This document shows positions 29,163 to 38,948 of a stretch of 64,000 bases of DNA, piece by piece. Source of the stretch: Vicinamibacteria bacterium (lineage in GTDB: Bacteria; Acidobacteriota; Vicinamibacteria; Marinacidobacterales; Marinacidobacteraceae); NCBI GenBank assembly GCA_963422395.1, contig OY729431.1, positions 928,001 through 992,000 on the forward strand. The letters are read 5' to 3'. Under the pieces are notes generated by a model. The model was not told the DNA's origin. It saw only the letters and a list, made by a program, of their open reading frames with translations, and searched no databases. A program made the translations under genes and the position numbers. Numbering within the stretch: the stretch's first letter is position 1; the number at the start of each line of letters is the position of its first letter.

Positions 29163-30017
29163 ATGACGAACTGCCGAACCCGCACCGGTGTTTCGAGAGG
29201 TTCGGAGAGCTCCTTCCTCGAACCCGCGGCACCCGGGCAGGCGCGGCTCGCGTTCCGCTACACCCCGGGCGCGGAGGCGGCCTCCCCGGTCTGGATCTTC
29301 CTCCACGGCCTCGGCTCCGATCGGAACGCGGCGAAGGCCCGCCGCTTCGGCGCCTGGCTGTCGGAGCGGGGTCCGGGGTTCCTCGCCCTCGACTTCACCG
29401 GGCACGGCGCCTCGGGCGGCGACTGCCGCGGCCTCTCCCTCTCGCGGAACCTCGAGGACATCGGGCGGGCGGTTTCGTTCCTCGACCGGCAGGCCCCGGA
29501 CGCATCGAGGATTCTCGTCGGATCCTCGATGGGCGGCATCGCGGCGCTCTGGTTCGCGGCGCGCTGGCCGGATGCCGTCTCGCGGGTCTTTGCGATCGCC
29601 CCGGCGTTCCTGATGGCCGCCCGGCTCGCGGCGAGCCTCTCGGGGCCGGAGCGGGACGGCTGGGCGCAGCGCGGCTTCCTGTCGCTTCCATTGGGGGAAA
29701 GCCCTCTCGAGTTCGGCTGGGGCGCGGTTCCCGACGAGGAGAACTACCCGATGGAACGGCTCGCGGCGGAACTCGATACTCCGGCAGTGCTCGTCCACGG
29801 GACGGAGGACGCGGTCGTGCCGGTTGCGCTCTCGCGCGGCTTTGCCCGGGAGTGTGCCGCCGCCCGGCTGGTCGAGATCGAGGGCGGCGACCACCGGCTC
29901 AGCGAACGAGACCATGTGGACCTGGCGTTCGAGACCTTCTGGAACGCTTCCACCGGGTCCGCAGCCCCCCAGACGGCAGCCTTCTCCCCGGGCTCGCCGG
30001 ACACATCGCCTCGCTGA
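29163..30017 (+). CDS. Alpha/beta hydrolase
   Basis: FLHGLGS, DFTGHG, GSSMGG nucleophile elbow, HGTEDAVVP, GGDHRL. Confidence 0.85.
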   Translation: MTNCRTRTGVSRGSESSFLEPAAPGQARLAFRYTPGAEAASPVWIFLHGLGSDRNAAKARRFGAWLSERGPGFLALDFTGHGASGGDCRGLSLSRNLEDIGRAVSFLDRQAPDASRILVGSSMGGIAALWFAARWPDAVSRVFAIAPAFLMAARLAASLSGPERDGWAQRGFLSLPLGESPLEFGWGAVPDEENYPMERLAAELDTPAVLVHGTEDAVVPVALSRGFARECAAARLVEIEGGDHRLSERDHVDLAFETFWNASTGSAAPQTAAFSPGSPDTSPR

Positions 30018-30212
30018 TCGTCTCGCTGACGCCTCTCCCGGGTTTTCCCGGCGTCCGCGTTCGCCTCTGCCCCGCGTCGGCAGCGGCTTCTTCCGCTCGG
30101 GCTCTATTTCGGGCCAGTAGTTCTTCTCGATTCGGAGGGCCAGCCCAGCCCTCTCCGGTCTGATCTGACCTCGGAAGCCTCCTCCTCTCCAATCAGGCTG
30201 CGAACGGATCCC

Positions 30213-31424
30213 GTGGAGTATCGGAAAGAGAACGCGCCGGTTCATCGGGTACACTCGCTGCGGATGTCAGGCTCCGGCGAACGGCGCCGCTCCTCTTCAT
30301 CTCTCGGAGCTTCTCTCCCGAGATCCCCGAGGTCGAGGGTGCGCCGGCTCGTTCGGGGGGCGGCGTTCGTGATCACGGTCGGACTCGGGTCGGGCGGGAA
30401 TCCCGCGGGGGCATACCGGCTCTACGACAACGGCGCCCTCGATTACATCGTCGGCTCGGATCAGGCGATCCGTTGGTCCGCGGAAGCGTGGGGACCGGGA
30501 CAGACGCTCGTCTGGCAGGTCGAGGACGGGCCGGACTGGCCTCTCCTGTTCGATTCGACGCAGGACATCGTGCCGCTGGCCGAAAGAGCGCTCGCGGCAT
30601 GGTCGGAGGTCCCGACCGCCGACATCTCCTGGCGGATGGCCGGAGTCGTCGAGCCTGGAGAGGGGCCGCGCTTCGGCGATTCCGCGAATCGAGTGTTCTT
30701 CGATGGGGAATCCGGAATCGGCGGCGCCGTGATCTGGTGGGTCCGGAACCACGCGCTGGACTCATGGGAGATCATGGAATGCGATGTCGGAATTCCCGGA
30801 TATTGGGTGGATTGGGTGGATGAGGATGCCGACGCTGCGACGAGGAATGTGCCCCTTTTTCTGCTTAAGGAATTCGGCCATTGCTTCGGTCTCGGTCGTG
30901 CTGCCCTGCCCCCCGGGTCGATAGGGCTGCGAGCTTCCGCCGAAGACTCCTCCAGGCAGTACTTCACATCCTCAGCTGTGTGGCTGCCCTGGCCAGCCAT
31001 GTCCTGGTGGCGGCGGCCGGATTCTCTCTCACCTTCCTCGGACGATCGCGTCGGCGCATCGCTCCTGCGGCCCCGCACCGGTTGGCCGTCGAGCGTCGGT
31101 GCTCTCTCCGGCACGCTGGAGATGGAAGGGCAGCCGGTGCCGTATGCGCATGTCTATGCGCTTCGGCGCAGCGGGGGCGGGGAGATGCGGCACCCGGTGG
31201 GAGCGTTCGCGAACGCCGGCGGCGAGTTTCTGATCGAGGGTCTTCCGCCGGGTGACTACCTTCTCTGGGCGCACCCGATCCGCTTCTTCCATCAGCATTG
31301 GCCGCTGATCGAAGGAGGCGGGGCGACCGACATGAAAGACACCGTTCTCATGCATCCGGTTCGGGTGGAGGCGGGCGCGGTTACCGGCGGAATCGCGATC
31401 CCCATGCGGCGCGGCCGAAGATGA
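30213..31424 (+). CDS. Matrixin/metzincin-like secreted protein with degenerate zinc motif and carboxypeptidase-regulatory-like beta domain
   Basis: Paralog of 32027..33688. Motif reads KEFGHCFGLGR instead of HExxHxxGxxH. FLIEGLPPGDY present. Start uncertain (30213, 30264 or later). Confidence 0.75.
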   Translation: MEYRKENAPVHRVHSLRMSGSGERRRSSSSLGASLPRSPRSRVRRLVRGAAFVITVGLGSGGNPAGAYRLYDNGALDYIVGSDQAIRWSAEAWGPGQTLVWQVEDGPDWPLLFDSTQDIVPLAERALAAWSEVPTADISWRMAGVVEPGEGPRFGDSANRVFFDGESGIGGAVIWWVRNHALDSWEIMECDVGIPGYWVDWVDEDADAATRNVPLFLLKEFGHCFGLGRAALPPGSIGLRASAEDSSRQYFTSSAVWLPWPAMSWWRRPDSLSPSSDDRVGASLLRPRTGWPSSVGALSGTLEMEGQPVPYAHVYALRRSGGGEMRHPVGAFANAGGEFLIEGLPPGDYLLWAHPIRFFHQHWPLIEGGGATDMKDTVLMHPVRVEAGAVTGGIAIPMRRGRR

Positions 31425-31978
31425 CACCCTCCCCGAACCGCTCGGATCCGCTCCCGAAATGGGTGCGCTGCCCGATTTTCCGGCCGATATCGATTACCCG
31501 CGGATTCGTTCTGCCGTGGTTTTTCTGGAGCGTTCTGTCCTGCGGCGGGGGCACATCCACTGTGCCGAGCGGCCCCTCCTCTCCGGGTGTCCCGACTCCG
31601 GCGCCGGCACCGACTCCGGTGCCGCCGCCGATGATCGGAAGCCCGTGCGCCGGTGTGGTGGTGCGCGGCGAGCCGCCCCATCGAGGGTCGTCGGTTACGC
31701 GGGCGACCCTGGTCGTCGAATGGGAGATCGGGTCCGGCGGCGGTTTCGATTGGTCGGGCCCGTACTACGACGACGGCCGTAATGAGTCCCCGCTCCTCGA
31801 AGTCAATGTCGCGGACTGGCGGATCGAGACGACGGCGGCCGCGACCCGGCATATCTTCGAAATCGAATGGCCGCCCTTCCTGGATGCCGGCATGATCTTC
31901 CGCTCCGATGTGGGTGCCTGCGCCCTTCCGGCGCTCCTCTGCTCCAGCAGCGGTTGCGCGCTGCAGGCCTCGCCCTGA
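31421..31978 (+). CDS. Lipoprotein with Pro-rich linker and 4-Cys domain homologous to the C-terminus of 32027..33688
   Basis: ATGA overlap with the upstream gene. Lipobox VLS-C-GGG, PTPAPAPTPVPPP linker, FDWSG, RHIFEIEWP. Confidence 0.75.
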   Translation: MTPSPNRSDPLPKWVRCPIFRPISITRGFVLPWFFWSVLSCGGGTSTVPSGPSSPGVPTPAPAPTPVPPPMIGSPCAGVVVRGEPPHRGSSVTRATLVVEWEIGSGGGFDWSGPYYDDGRNESPLLEVNVADWRIETTAAATRHIFEIEWPPFLDAGMIFRSDVGACALPALLCSSSGCALQASP

Positions 31979-32026
31979 CTCGGCAGGAACTCGACCTGAC
32001 CGGAAGAACGAAGAAGAGAAGGAGAA

Positions 32027-33688
32027 ATGGCGCGCATGAAGGCGATTTCCGGTGGGCGGCCCCGCCGTAACTCGAACCGGCGCCTCCCGCTCCTCGCGAT
32101 CCTGTTCGGCTTTTCGGTGGTCCTCATCCTTTCAGGGTCGCTCGAAGCCTACCGGTTCTTCAGCGATGGACGAACGGATGCCCGGATCGTCGGAGCGGAG
32201 CATGCAATGCGCTGGCAGGCCGAAGTCTGGGGTCCGGGGGACACGCTGTCCTGGGAGATCGCCCCGGACCCGGACTTCGAGGTCTATTTCGACTCCCCGG
32301 AAGGAGTGATTCCGTATGCCGAGCGGGCCCTTGCGGCCTGGTCGGACATCCCGACGGCAGATGTTCGGTGGCAGGTGAACGGCATCGGCGAGGGAGACCA
32401 CGAAGATCTGCCGCAGGCGGAAGGACGCCACACGGTCTTCGTGGATGCGGGTGACGACAGTTGCGGCGGCTACGCCCGTATCTGGTCCGAGCGTCGTTCT
32501 TCAGGCAGATGGGAGATCGCAGAATGTGATGTCGCCTTCTGTGCCCAAATCACGGAGATTCCAGAATGGGTGGAACCGGATTCCCTCGACGAACATCGGA
32601 AACAGCATCGCGAAGGATCGGTCGGACTTCTCGTTCATGAATTCGGACACTGCCTCGGCCTCGCCCACGCCGGCGCGGTTTCCACGCAAGGTCGGTGGAC
32701 CCGGAAGGGCGATTGGGACTTCGTGCATCCTGGAGATCCCGCCATGTCCTACGGGGTGAATCTCGAGGAGCCCGAAGACCTGTCGGCGGACGATGCCCTC
32801 GGCGCCTCCCTGTTACGGCCCGCCCCCGGATGGCGGAGGAGGACGAGGACCGGCAGCATCGCCGGAGCTCTCGACCTGGCGGGAGAAGCGGTGCCGTACG
32901 CGCATGTATGGGCGCTTCCCGCGGGAGAGGCACCGCTCCGGGACCGGATCGGCGCTTTCAGCGACCGCGAGGGTGCGTTCCTGATCGAAGGACTGCCGCC
33001 CGGCGACTATGCCCTCTGGGCCCAGCCGATCAATCGATCGGGCGCGCACGGCGGCCTAGTTTCTGGCGGGGCGCCGATCGACCTGGACGACACGATTCCT
33101 GGCCGCATCGTTCGCGTCCAGGAGGGACAGGCGGCCGGAGGAGTGGAGATCCCCATGCGTCGAGGCCGAAGCGTCCGCCAGCCGCCTGATGTGTTCCTGG
33201 CAGGGCAGACAGCGGAGCCGCCCGTCCCGATCACGCGGGAGGGAGCCGCTCCCTGCCGGAGCGTCCGGATTCGGAGCGTCCCGCCGTATCTCGCAGGAGG
33301 CCCCCTGTGGTTCACGAGGCGCAACTCCTATCTCCGCGGGGATCGCTGGTTCGCAACGGAGCTGACCCTGGAATGGTCGCCGGGTTCGGAGAACACGGTC
33401 TTCGACTGGAGCGGTTCCTATCGAGACTGGTGGTGGGACGCCGAGGAGGACCAGCCGGTGGCGTTCCAGTCGGAAGGCATCGGCGCCAGTTCGGCTGTCC
33501 TCGATGTGAACATCTCCGACTACCGGATCGAGCGCGACGGTCCCCTGGTGCGCCACACCATGGAGATCGCTTGGCCGGAATCCACCGAGGCGAGCTTGCG
33601 GTTTCGTTCCGAAGACGATGCCTGCGAAGGCGAACCGATGGTAGTCTGCAGCCTCGACATCGCCGGCTGCGAGTTGCGGCGAAGATAG
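32027..33688 (+). CDS. Secreted matrixin/metzincin metalloprotease with beta domain and C-terminal 4-Cys domain
   Basis: RBS AGGAG, signal peptide, intact HEFGHCLGLAH, Met-turn DPAMSY, FLIEGLPPGDY. Confidence 0.85.
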   Translation: MARMKAISGGRPRRNSNRRLPLLAILFGFSVVLILSGSLEAYRFFSDGRTDARIVGAEHAMRWQAEVWGPGDTLSWEIAPDPDFEVYFDSPEGVIPYAERALAAWSDIPTADVRWQVNGIGEGDHEDLPQAEGRHTVFVDAGDDSCGGYARIWSERRSSGRWEIAECDVAFCAQITEIPEWVEPDSLDEHRKQHREGSVGLLVHEFGHCLGLAHAGAVSTQGRWTRKGDWDFVHPGDPAMSYGVNLEEPEDLSADDALGASLLRPAPGWRRRTRTGSIAGALDLAGEAVPYAHVWALPAGEAPLRDRIGAFSDREGAFLIEGLPPGDYALWAQPINRSGAHGGLVSGGAPIDLDDTIPGRIVRVQEGQAAGGVEIPMRRGRSVRQPPDVFLAGQTAEPPVPITREGAAPCRSVRIRSVPPYLAGGPLWFTRRNSYLRGDRWFATELTLEWSPGSENTVFDWSGSYRDWWWDAEEDQPVAFQSEGIGASSAVLDVNISDYRIERDGPLVRHTMEIAWPESTEASLRFRSEDDACEGEPMVVCSLDIAGCELRRR

Positions 33689-33912
33689 CCGCTGCAGCGA
33701 GCGCTACTCCCTCCAGATCGTCGTCAGTCTTCATTCGATCGCCGGGGCGATGCTTGGGGGACACCGGGGCGCCGTCTCGCGGGACTTCGCGGTCTCCCGG
33801 GGAGAAGCCGCGCTGAAGACGGATCGCAACCCTGGTTGATGTACCCTCGTCGGTTCGCTGCGCCGGGTGCGGGCCGGAGACGGTCCGCCGGGCGGCGGGG
33901 GAGGCGAGACCC

Positions 33913-36900
33913 ATGACGATTCCGGTTGCGCGGCTCTGGGAGGGCCGGATCGTCCGGCGCCCCGTCGGGTTTCGGATCGGGTTCGGAGTGGGGATTCGAT
34001 GCGCCGGACGGCAGCTCCTGCTGCTGACCGTCGTTCTGACCGTAGCAGCGGCCGCCGCCGCTCCGGCGGGCGCCCAGACACCGGAACAGGTGGATCAGAT
34101 CCTGAACCGCCTCCACTGGCGCAACATCGGTCCGGCGATCATGGGAGGCCGCATCGACGATGCGGCGGTGGTCGAGTCGGATCCGAAGGTGATGTGGGTG
34201 GCCACTGCCTCCGCCGGAGTCTGGAAGACGGAGAACCACGGAACCACCTGGATCCCGCAGTTCCAGAACGAGGCAGTGTCCTCGATCGGTTCGATCGCGG
34301 TGGCGCCTTCCGACCCCTCGGTGGTCTGGGTGGGCACCGGAGAGCCGGCGAACCGGCAGAGCAGTTCCTGGGGCAACGGGGTGTATGTCTCGACCGACGG
34401 CGGAACCACCTGGTCGCACCGGGGGCTCGAAGACACCCACCACATCGGCCGGGTGCTCGTCCATCCCACGGACCCCCGCACCGTCTATGTCGCGGCGCTC
34501 GGCCACCTCTGGGGGCCGAACGAGGAGCGCGGCGTCTATCGCACCCGGGACGGCGGCGAGACCTGGGACCGGGTGCTCTTCCATGACGAGGACACCGGTG
34601 CCGTCGAGCTGGCGATGGACCCCGCGAGCCCGGACACGCTCTATGCGGCGCTCTACCAGCGCCGCCGGCGGGCGTACGGCTTCGCCGGAGGCGGCCCGGG
34701 AAGCGGCATCCACCGGACGACCGACGGCGGAGAAACCTGGACGAAGCTCGGCGGGGGATTGCCCGCAGGGGACACCGGGCGGATCGGTCTCGCGGTCTAT
34801 CGCCGGGATCCGCGCATCGTCTATGCGATCGTCGAAAACCGGGAAGGAGGCGTCTTCCGCTCGGAGGACAAGGGGCTGCATTGGCAGCGGATGAGCGATG
34901 AAAACCCGCGCCCCATGTATTACAGCCAGATCCACATCGACCCGAACAACGACCAGCGGCTCTGGGTGCTCGGGGCGCGCATGCACAACTCCGAGGACGG
35001 CGGGCGCACCTTCGTCACCGATCGGGTGGAGAAGATCCACGGCGATCACCATGCGCTCTGGATCGATCCCGCGGATTCGAACCACATGTTCCTCGGCTCC
35101 GACGGCGGCATCCACTTCTCTTGGGACCGCGGCCGCAGCTGGAATTTCGTGAACACCATTCCGCTCGGCCAGTTCTACGAGATCGGCTACGACCTGAATA
35201 CGCCGTATCTGGTGTACGGCGGACTCCAGGACAACGGGAGCTGGGCCGGACCGTCGCGCACTCTCTTCCGGCAGGGAATCAGCAACGAGGACTGGTTCCG
35301 GATCGGCGGCGGGGACGGTTTCTATACCCAGGTGATCCCCGGCGATCCGGATACCGTCTATATCGAGTCCCAGAATGGAAACCTCCGCCGACTGAACCGG
35401 CGCACTTCGGAAACCAAACAGATCCGCCCGCAGCCGGAGGACGACGGCGAGCGCTACCGCTTCGACTGGAACAGCCCCATCGTCGTTTCGCCGCACGACC
35501 CCGATACGGTGTTCTACGGCGGCAACCGGCTCTTCCTCTCCTCGAACCGCGGCGACAGTTGGACGCGCACCGACGATCTGACGAAACGCATCGACCGCGG
35601 CGAGCTGCCCATCATGGGCTCGCCGGTGACCGACGACACCCTGTCGCGGCACGACGGCATCTCGAGTTTCGGGCAGATCGTCACCATCGCGGCCTCGCCC
35701 CTCGATGCGGGCCTCCTCTATGTGGGCGCCGACGACGGCAACCTGCAGCGGAGCCGCGACGGCGGTGCGAGTTGGGACGATCTGACCGAAAACCTCTCGG
35801 GCGTGCCCGAACAGACCTATGTGACCCGGGTGATCGCCTCCGCCCACTCCGCGGGAAGGCTCTATGTCACCCTGGACGGCCACCGGAACGACGACTACTC
35901 GACCTATGTCTTCGCGAGCGAGGACTACGGCGGCAGCTTCCGCTCGCTCGCTGCCGGGCTGCCGCCGGAAGCCGGGCTCAATGTGATCCGCGAGCACCAC
36001 GACAACGAGGACCTGCTGGTCGTCGGCGGCGAGTTCGGCGCCCACCTCTCGCTCGACCGGGGCGTCCGCTGGCACCGGATCGGCGGCCAGATCCCCACCG
36101 TGCCGGTGGACGACCTGGCGATCCATCCCCGGGAGAACGACCTGATCCTCGGAACCCACGGACGCAGCATCTGGATCGCCGACGACATCGCCCCCCTTTC
36201 CACCCTCGAAGCTTCCGTGTTCGATGCGGACCTCCATGTCTTCCCGGTGCGCGACGCGGTGGCTTGGCGGCTCGAAAATCACAAGGGCAATACCGGCCAC
36301 GAGTTCTTCGTCGCCGACAACCCGCCCGCAGGAGCGCTGCTCCACATCTACGCGAAAGAGGCGGGCGAGGCCGGAATCACGATCACCGCCGCTGACGGGT
36401 CCACGGTTCGTTCGCTGCAGGCCGATCTCGAAGCGGGGCTCAACCGCGCCAGTTGGGACCTCCGGCATGACTCCCCGGTTCCCGACTCCGGGGGAGGCTT
36501 CGGCGGCCCGCCTTCGGGTCCCCGGGTGCTCCCCGGCGCCTACACTGCGCGGGTGACGCGGGGCGAGGCGTCCGCCGAAGTCCCGGTTCAGGCCGCCGAC
36601 GATCCCAGGATCGGAATCTCCGCCGCCGACCGGCGTGCGAACCACGACGCGCTCGTCCGTCTTTCGGGGATGCTCCGGACGATGGTCCGCGCCCATGAGG
36701 ATGCCGAGGCCACCGCCGGGGAAGCGGCGGCGCTCGCAGCGGCGTTCGAGACCGAGCCGGACAGCGAGATGAAGACGCGGGTTTCGAGCTTGCTCGAAGC
36801 GGCGTCCGAAGCCGCCCGAAACCTCTCCCGAAACGAGGGGCGGCCGGGTTTCGGCGCCTGGCCGCGGCCGCTCTTCGCCCGGATCGGGGCGGTGGCGCGG

Positions 36901-37086
36901 AACCTCGATGCCTACACCGAGGCGCCGAATGCCGGGGTCCGGACCCGGATCGATGCTCTGGGCGCGGAGCTCGACGAGCGCCTCGCTGCCTGGGAAGCGG
37001 TGCGCGCCGACATTCCCGGGCTGAATCAGGCCCTCCGCGAGGGCGGTCCCCCGCGCCTCACCCCGCGCCCGAACGGCGGGAACTGA
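33913..37086 (+). CDS. VPS10/sortilin-like BNR-repeat glycosyl-hydrolase-like secreted protein
   Basis: WRNIGPAIMGGRI, repeated S/TxDGGxTW Asp-boxes, GGLQDNG, GGGDGF, GTHGRS. Confidence 0.88.
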   Translation: MTIPVARLWEGRIVRRPVGFRIGFGVGIRCAGRQLLLLTVVLTVAAAAAAPAGAQTPEQVDQILNRLHWRNIGPAIMGGRIDDAAVVESDPKVMWVATASAGVWKTENHGTTWIPQFQNEAVSSIGSIAVAPSDPSVVWVGTGEPANRQSSSWGNGVYVSTDGGTTWSHRGLEDTHHIGRVLVHPTDPRTVYVAALGHLWGPNEERGVYRTRDGGETWDRVLFHDEDTGAVELAMDPASPDTLYAALYQRRRRAYGFAGGGPGSGIHRTTDGGETWTKLGGGLPAGDTGRIGLAVYRRDPRIVYAIVENREGGVFRSEDKGLHWQRMSDENPRPMYYSQIHIDPNNDQRLWVLGARMHNSEDGGRTFVTDRVEKIHGDHHALWIDPADSNHMFLGSDGGIHFSWDRGRSWNFVNTIPLGQFYEIGYDLNTPYLVYGGLQDNGSWAGPSRTLFRQGISNEDWFRIGGGDGFYTQVIPGDPDTVYIESQNGNLRRLNRRTSETKQIRPQPEDDGERYRFDWNSPIVVSPHDPDTVFYGGNRLFLSSNRGDSWTRTDDLTKRIDRGELPIMGSPVTDDTLSRHDGISSFGQIVTIAASPLDAGLLYVGADDGNLQRSRDGGASWDDLTENLSGVPEQTYVTRVIASAHSAGRLYVTLDGHRNDDYSTYVFASEDYGGSFRSLAAGLPPEAGLNVIREHHDNEDLLVVGGEFGAHLSLDRGVRWHRIGGQIPTVPVDDLAIHPRENDLILGTHGRSIWIADDIAPLSTLEASVFDADLHVFPVRDAVAWRLENHKGNTGHEFFVADNPPAGALLHIYAKEAGEAGITITAADGSTVRSLQADLEAGLNRASWDLRHDSPVPDSGGGFGGPPSGPRVLPGAYTARVTRGEASAEVPVQAADDPRIGISAADRRANHDALVRLSGMLRTMVRAHEDAEATAGEAAALAAAFETEPDSEMKTRVSSLLEAASEAARNLSRNEGRPGFGAWPRPLFARIGAVARNLDAYTEAPNAGVRTRIDALGAELDERLAAWEAVRADIPGLNQALREGGPPRLTPRPNGGN

Positions 37087-37112
37087 CTTTCCGACACAGG
37101 AGGAACGAACCG

Positions 37113-38822
37113 ATGCCAGCTCTCACCCGAGCCGATTTTCTGAAGCTCTCCGGCGCCGCCGCCGCGGCCGGGCTCACCACCGCCGCCGGCTGCCGGCAGG
37201 CGGGATCGAGCCGTCCCGACCTCATCGTCAGAAACGCCCGGGTGTACACCTCCGAGTACGGCTCCGGCGGCGAGACGATGGACCGCGCCGAAGCGTTCGC
37301 GGTCCGGCACGGGAAGTTCACCGCCGTGGGCTCGAACGAGGAGATCCTGAACCTCGCCGGCCCCGGGGTCGAGGTCGTGGACGCCGGCGGCATGACGGTG
37401 GTTCCCGGCTTCATCGATGCCCACTGCCATCCGGGGGGGATGCGGGATCTGTTCGAGGTGAACCTCGATGTGCGCACCATCGACGACATCAAGCTGGCGA
37501 TCCGCGCCGCCGCCGCCGACACCGAGGCGGGGTACTGGGTGGACGGGTTCAAGTACGACGACACCAAGGTCACCGAGAACGGAGAGTACCGGCGCATCAC
37601 CCGGCAAGACCTCGATGAGGCGGCGGCGGACCATCCGGTGCGCGTTTCCCACCGGGGCGGTCACATCGCCTGGTACAACTCGAAGGCGTTCGAGATGGCC
37701 GGGGTGAACTCCTCGGTAGCCGATCCACCGGGAGGGCGCTTCGAAAAGGATGCAAGCGGAGAGCTGACCGGCCTCGTCGAGGAACGGGCACAGGATGTCT
37801 TTCGCGGCGTCGGGCAGCGCCGGGTGTACGGGCGGAAGGAGTTCCAGCAGGGCGTGGCCCACATGTCGAAGCTGATGACCGCTGCCGGAATCACCAGCGT
37901 CCACCAGACCGGCGGCGACGCCGACGGCCTCCGGGCGCTCGAGGACGCCTACGCCGCCGGCGAGCTGCGCTACCGCATGTACTACTTCGCCTCGGGAAAT
38001 TCGGACCTCTACCGCGGGCTGAAGACCGCCGGGATCCACCGGGGCTTCGGAAACGAATGGCTTCGCATCGGCGCGGTGAAGTACGGCGCCGACGGATCGG
38101 CGTCCGGCCGCACGATGTACATGAGCACTCCCTACGAGGGGACCGACGACCACGGCATCCTCACGATGACCCCCGAGGAGATCATGGAAGCGGTTGAGGA
38201 CGCCCACGCCCACGACTTCCACATCGGGATCCACGCGAACGGCGATCTCACGATCGGCTATGTGCTCGACGCCTACGAGAAGGTGCTCGCCGAGGCGCCC
38301 CGAGACGCCCGCCACCGCCTCGAACACTGCTCGCTGGTGAACCCCGAACTGCTCGCCCGCATCCGGGACACCGGCTCCATTCCCACTCCGTTCTGGACCT
38401 ATGTCCACTACCACGGGAACAAGTGGGTGGAGTACGGCGCCGAGAAGATGCAGTGGATGTTCGCCCACCGCTCCTTCCTCGACTACGACATCCCGGTCGC
38501 CGGTGCTTCCGACTATGTCCCGGGCCCCTACGAGCCGATGATGGCGCTGCAGGCCATGGTGACCCGCAAGGACACCGAGGACCGGGTCTGGGGCGAGAAC
38601 CAGCGAGTTTCGATGGACGAGGCGATCCGGATCGGGACCATCCACGGCGCCCGCGCCTCCTTCGAGGAGGGCATCAAGGGGAGCATCGCGGCCGGCAAGC
38701 TCGCCGACTTCGTGATGCTCGAAGAAGATCCCCACGAGGTGGCGGCGAGCGATCCCGACCGGATCAAGCACATCGCCGTCCAGCGCACCGTCGTCGGCGG
38801 CAAGACCATGCACCAGGCCTGA
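37113..38822 (+). CDS. Amidohydrolase_3 (YtcJ-like), probably Tat-exported
   Basis: RBS AGGAGG, TRADFLK Tat-like signal, PGFIDAHCH, HANGD, RLEHCS, ASDY, GKLADFV. Confidence 0.9.
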   Translation: MPALTRADFLKLSGAAAAAGLTTAAGCRQAGSSRPDLIVRNARVYTSEYGSGGETMDRAEAFAVRHGKFTAVGSNEEILNLAGPGVEVVDAGGMTVVPGFIDAHCHPGGMRDLFEVNLDVRTIDDIKLAIRAAAADTEAGYWVDGFKYDDTKVTENGEYRRITRQDLDEAAADHPVRVSHRGGHIAWYNSKAFEMAGVNSSVADPPGGRFEKDASGELTGLVEERAQDVFRGVGQRRVYGRKEFQQGVAHMSKLMTAAGITSVHQTGGDADGLRALEDAYAAGELRYRMYYFASGNSDLYRGLKTAGIHRGFGNEWLRIGAVKYGADGSASGRTMYMSTPYEGTDDHGILTMTPEEIMEAVEDAHAHDFHIGIHANGDLTIGYVLDAYEKVLAEAPRDARHRLEHCSLVNPELLARIRDTGSIPTPFWTYVHYHGNKWVEYGAEKMQWMFAHRSFLDYDIPVAGASDYVPGPYEPMMALQAMVTRKDTEDRVWGENQRVSMDEAIRIGTIHGARASFEEGIKGSIAAGKLADFVMLEEDPHEVAASDPDRIKHIAVQRTVVGGKTMHQA

Positions 38823-38948
38823 GGCCCGGCCCGGGGGCGGGTGCGGCGCCGGACGGTGCGCCTGTATGCCCGGGGCGGGGATGGCTTCAGCCCGACAGGG
38901 GGTGGCTGCATCGGGTGGCTGCATCCCCCGTCGGCGAAGGAGTTTTCG

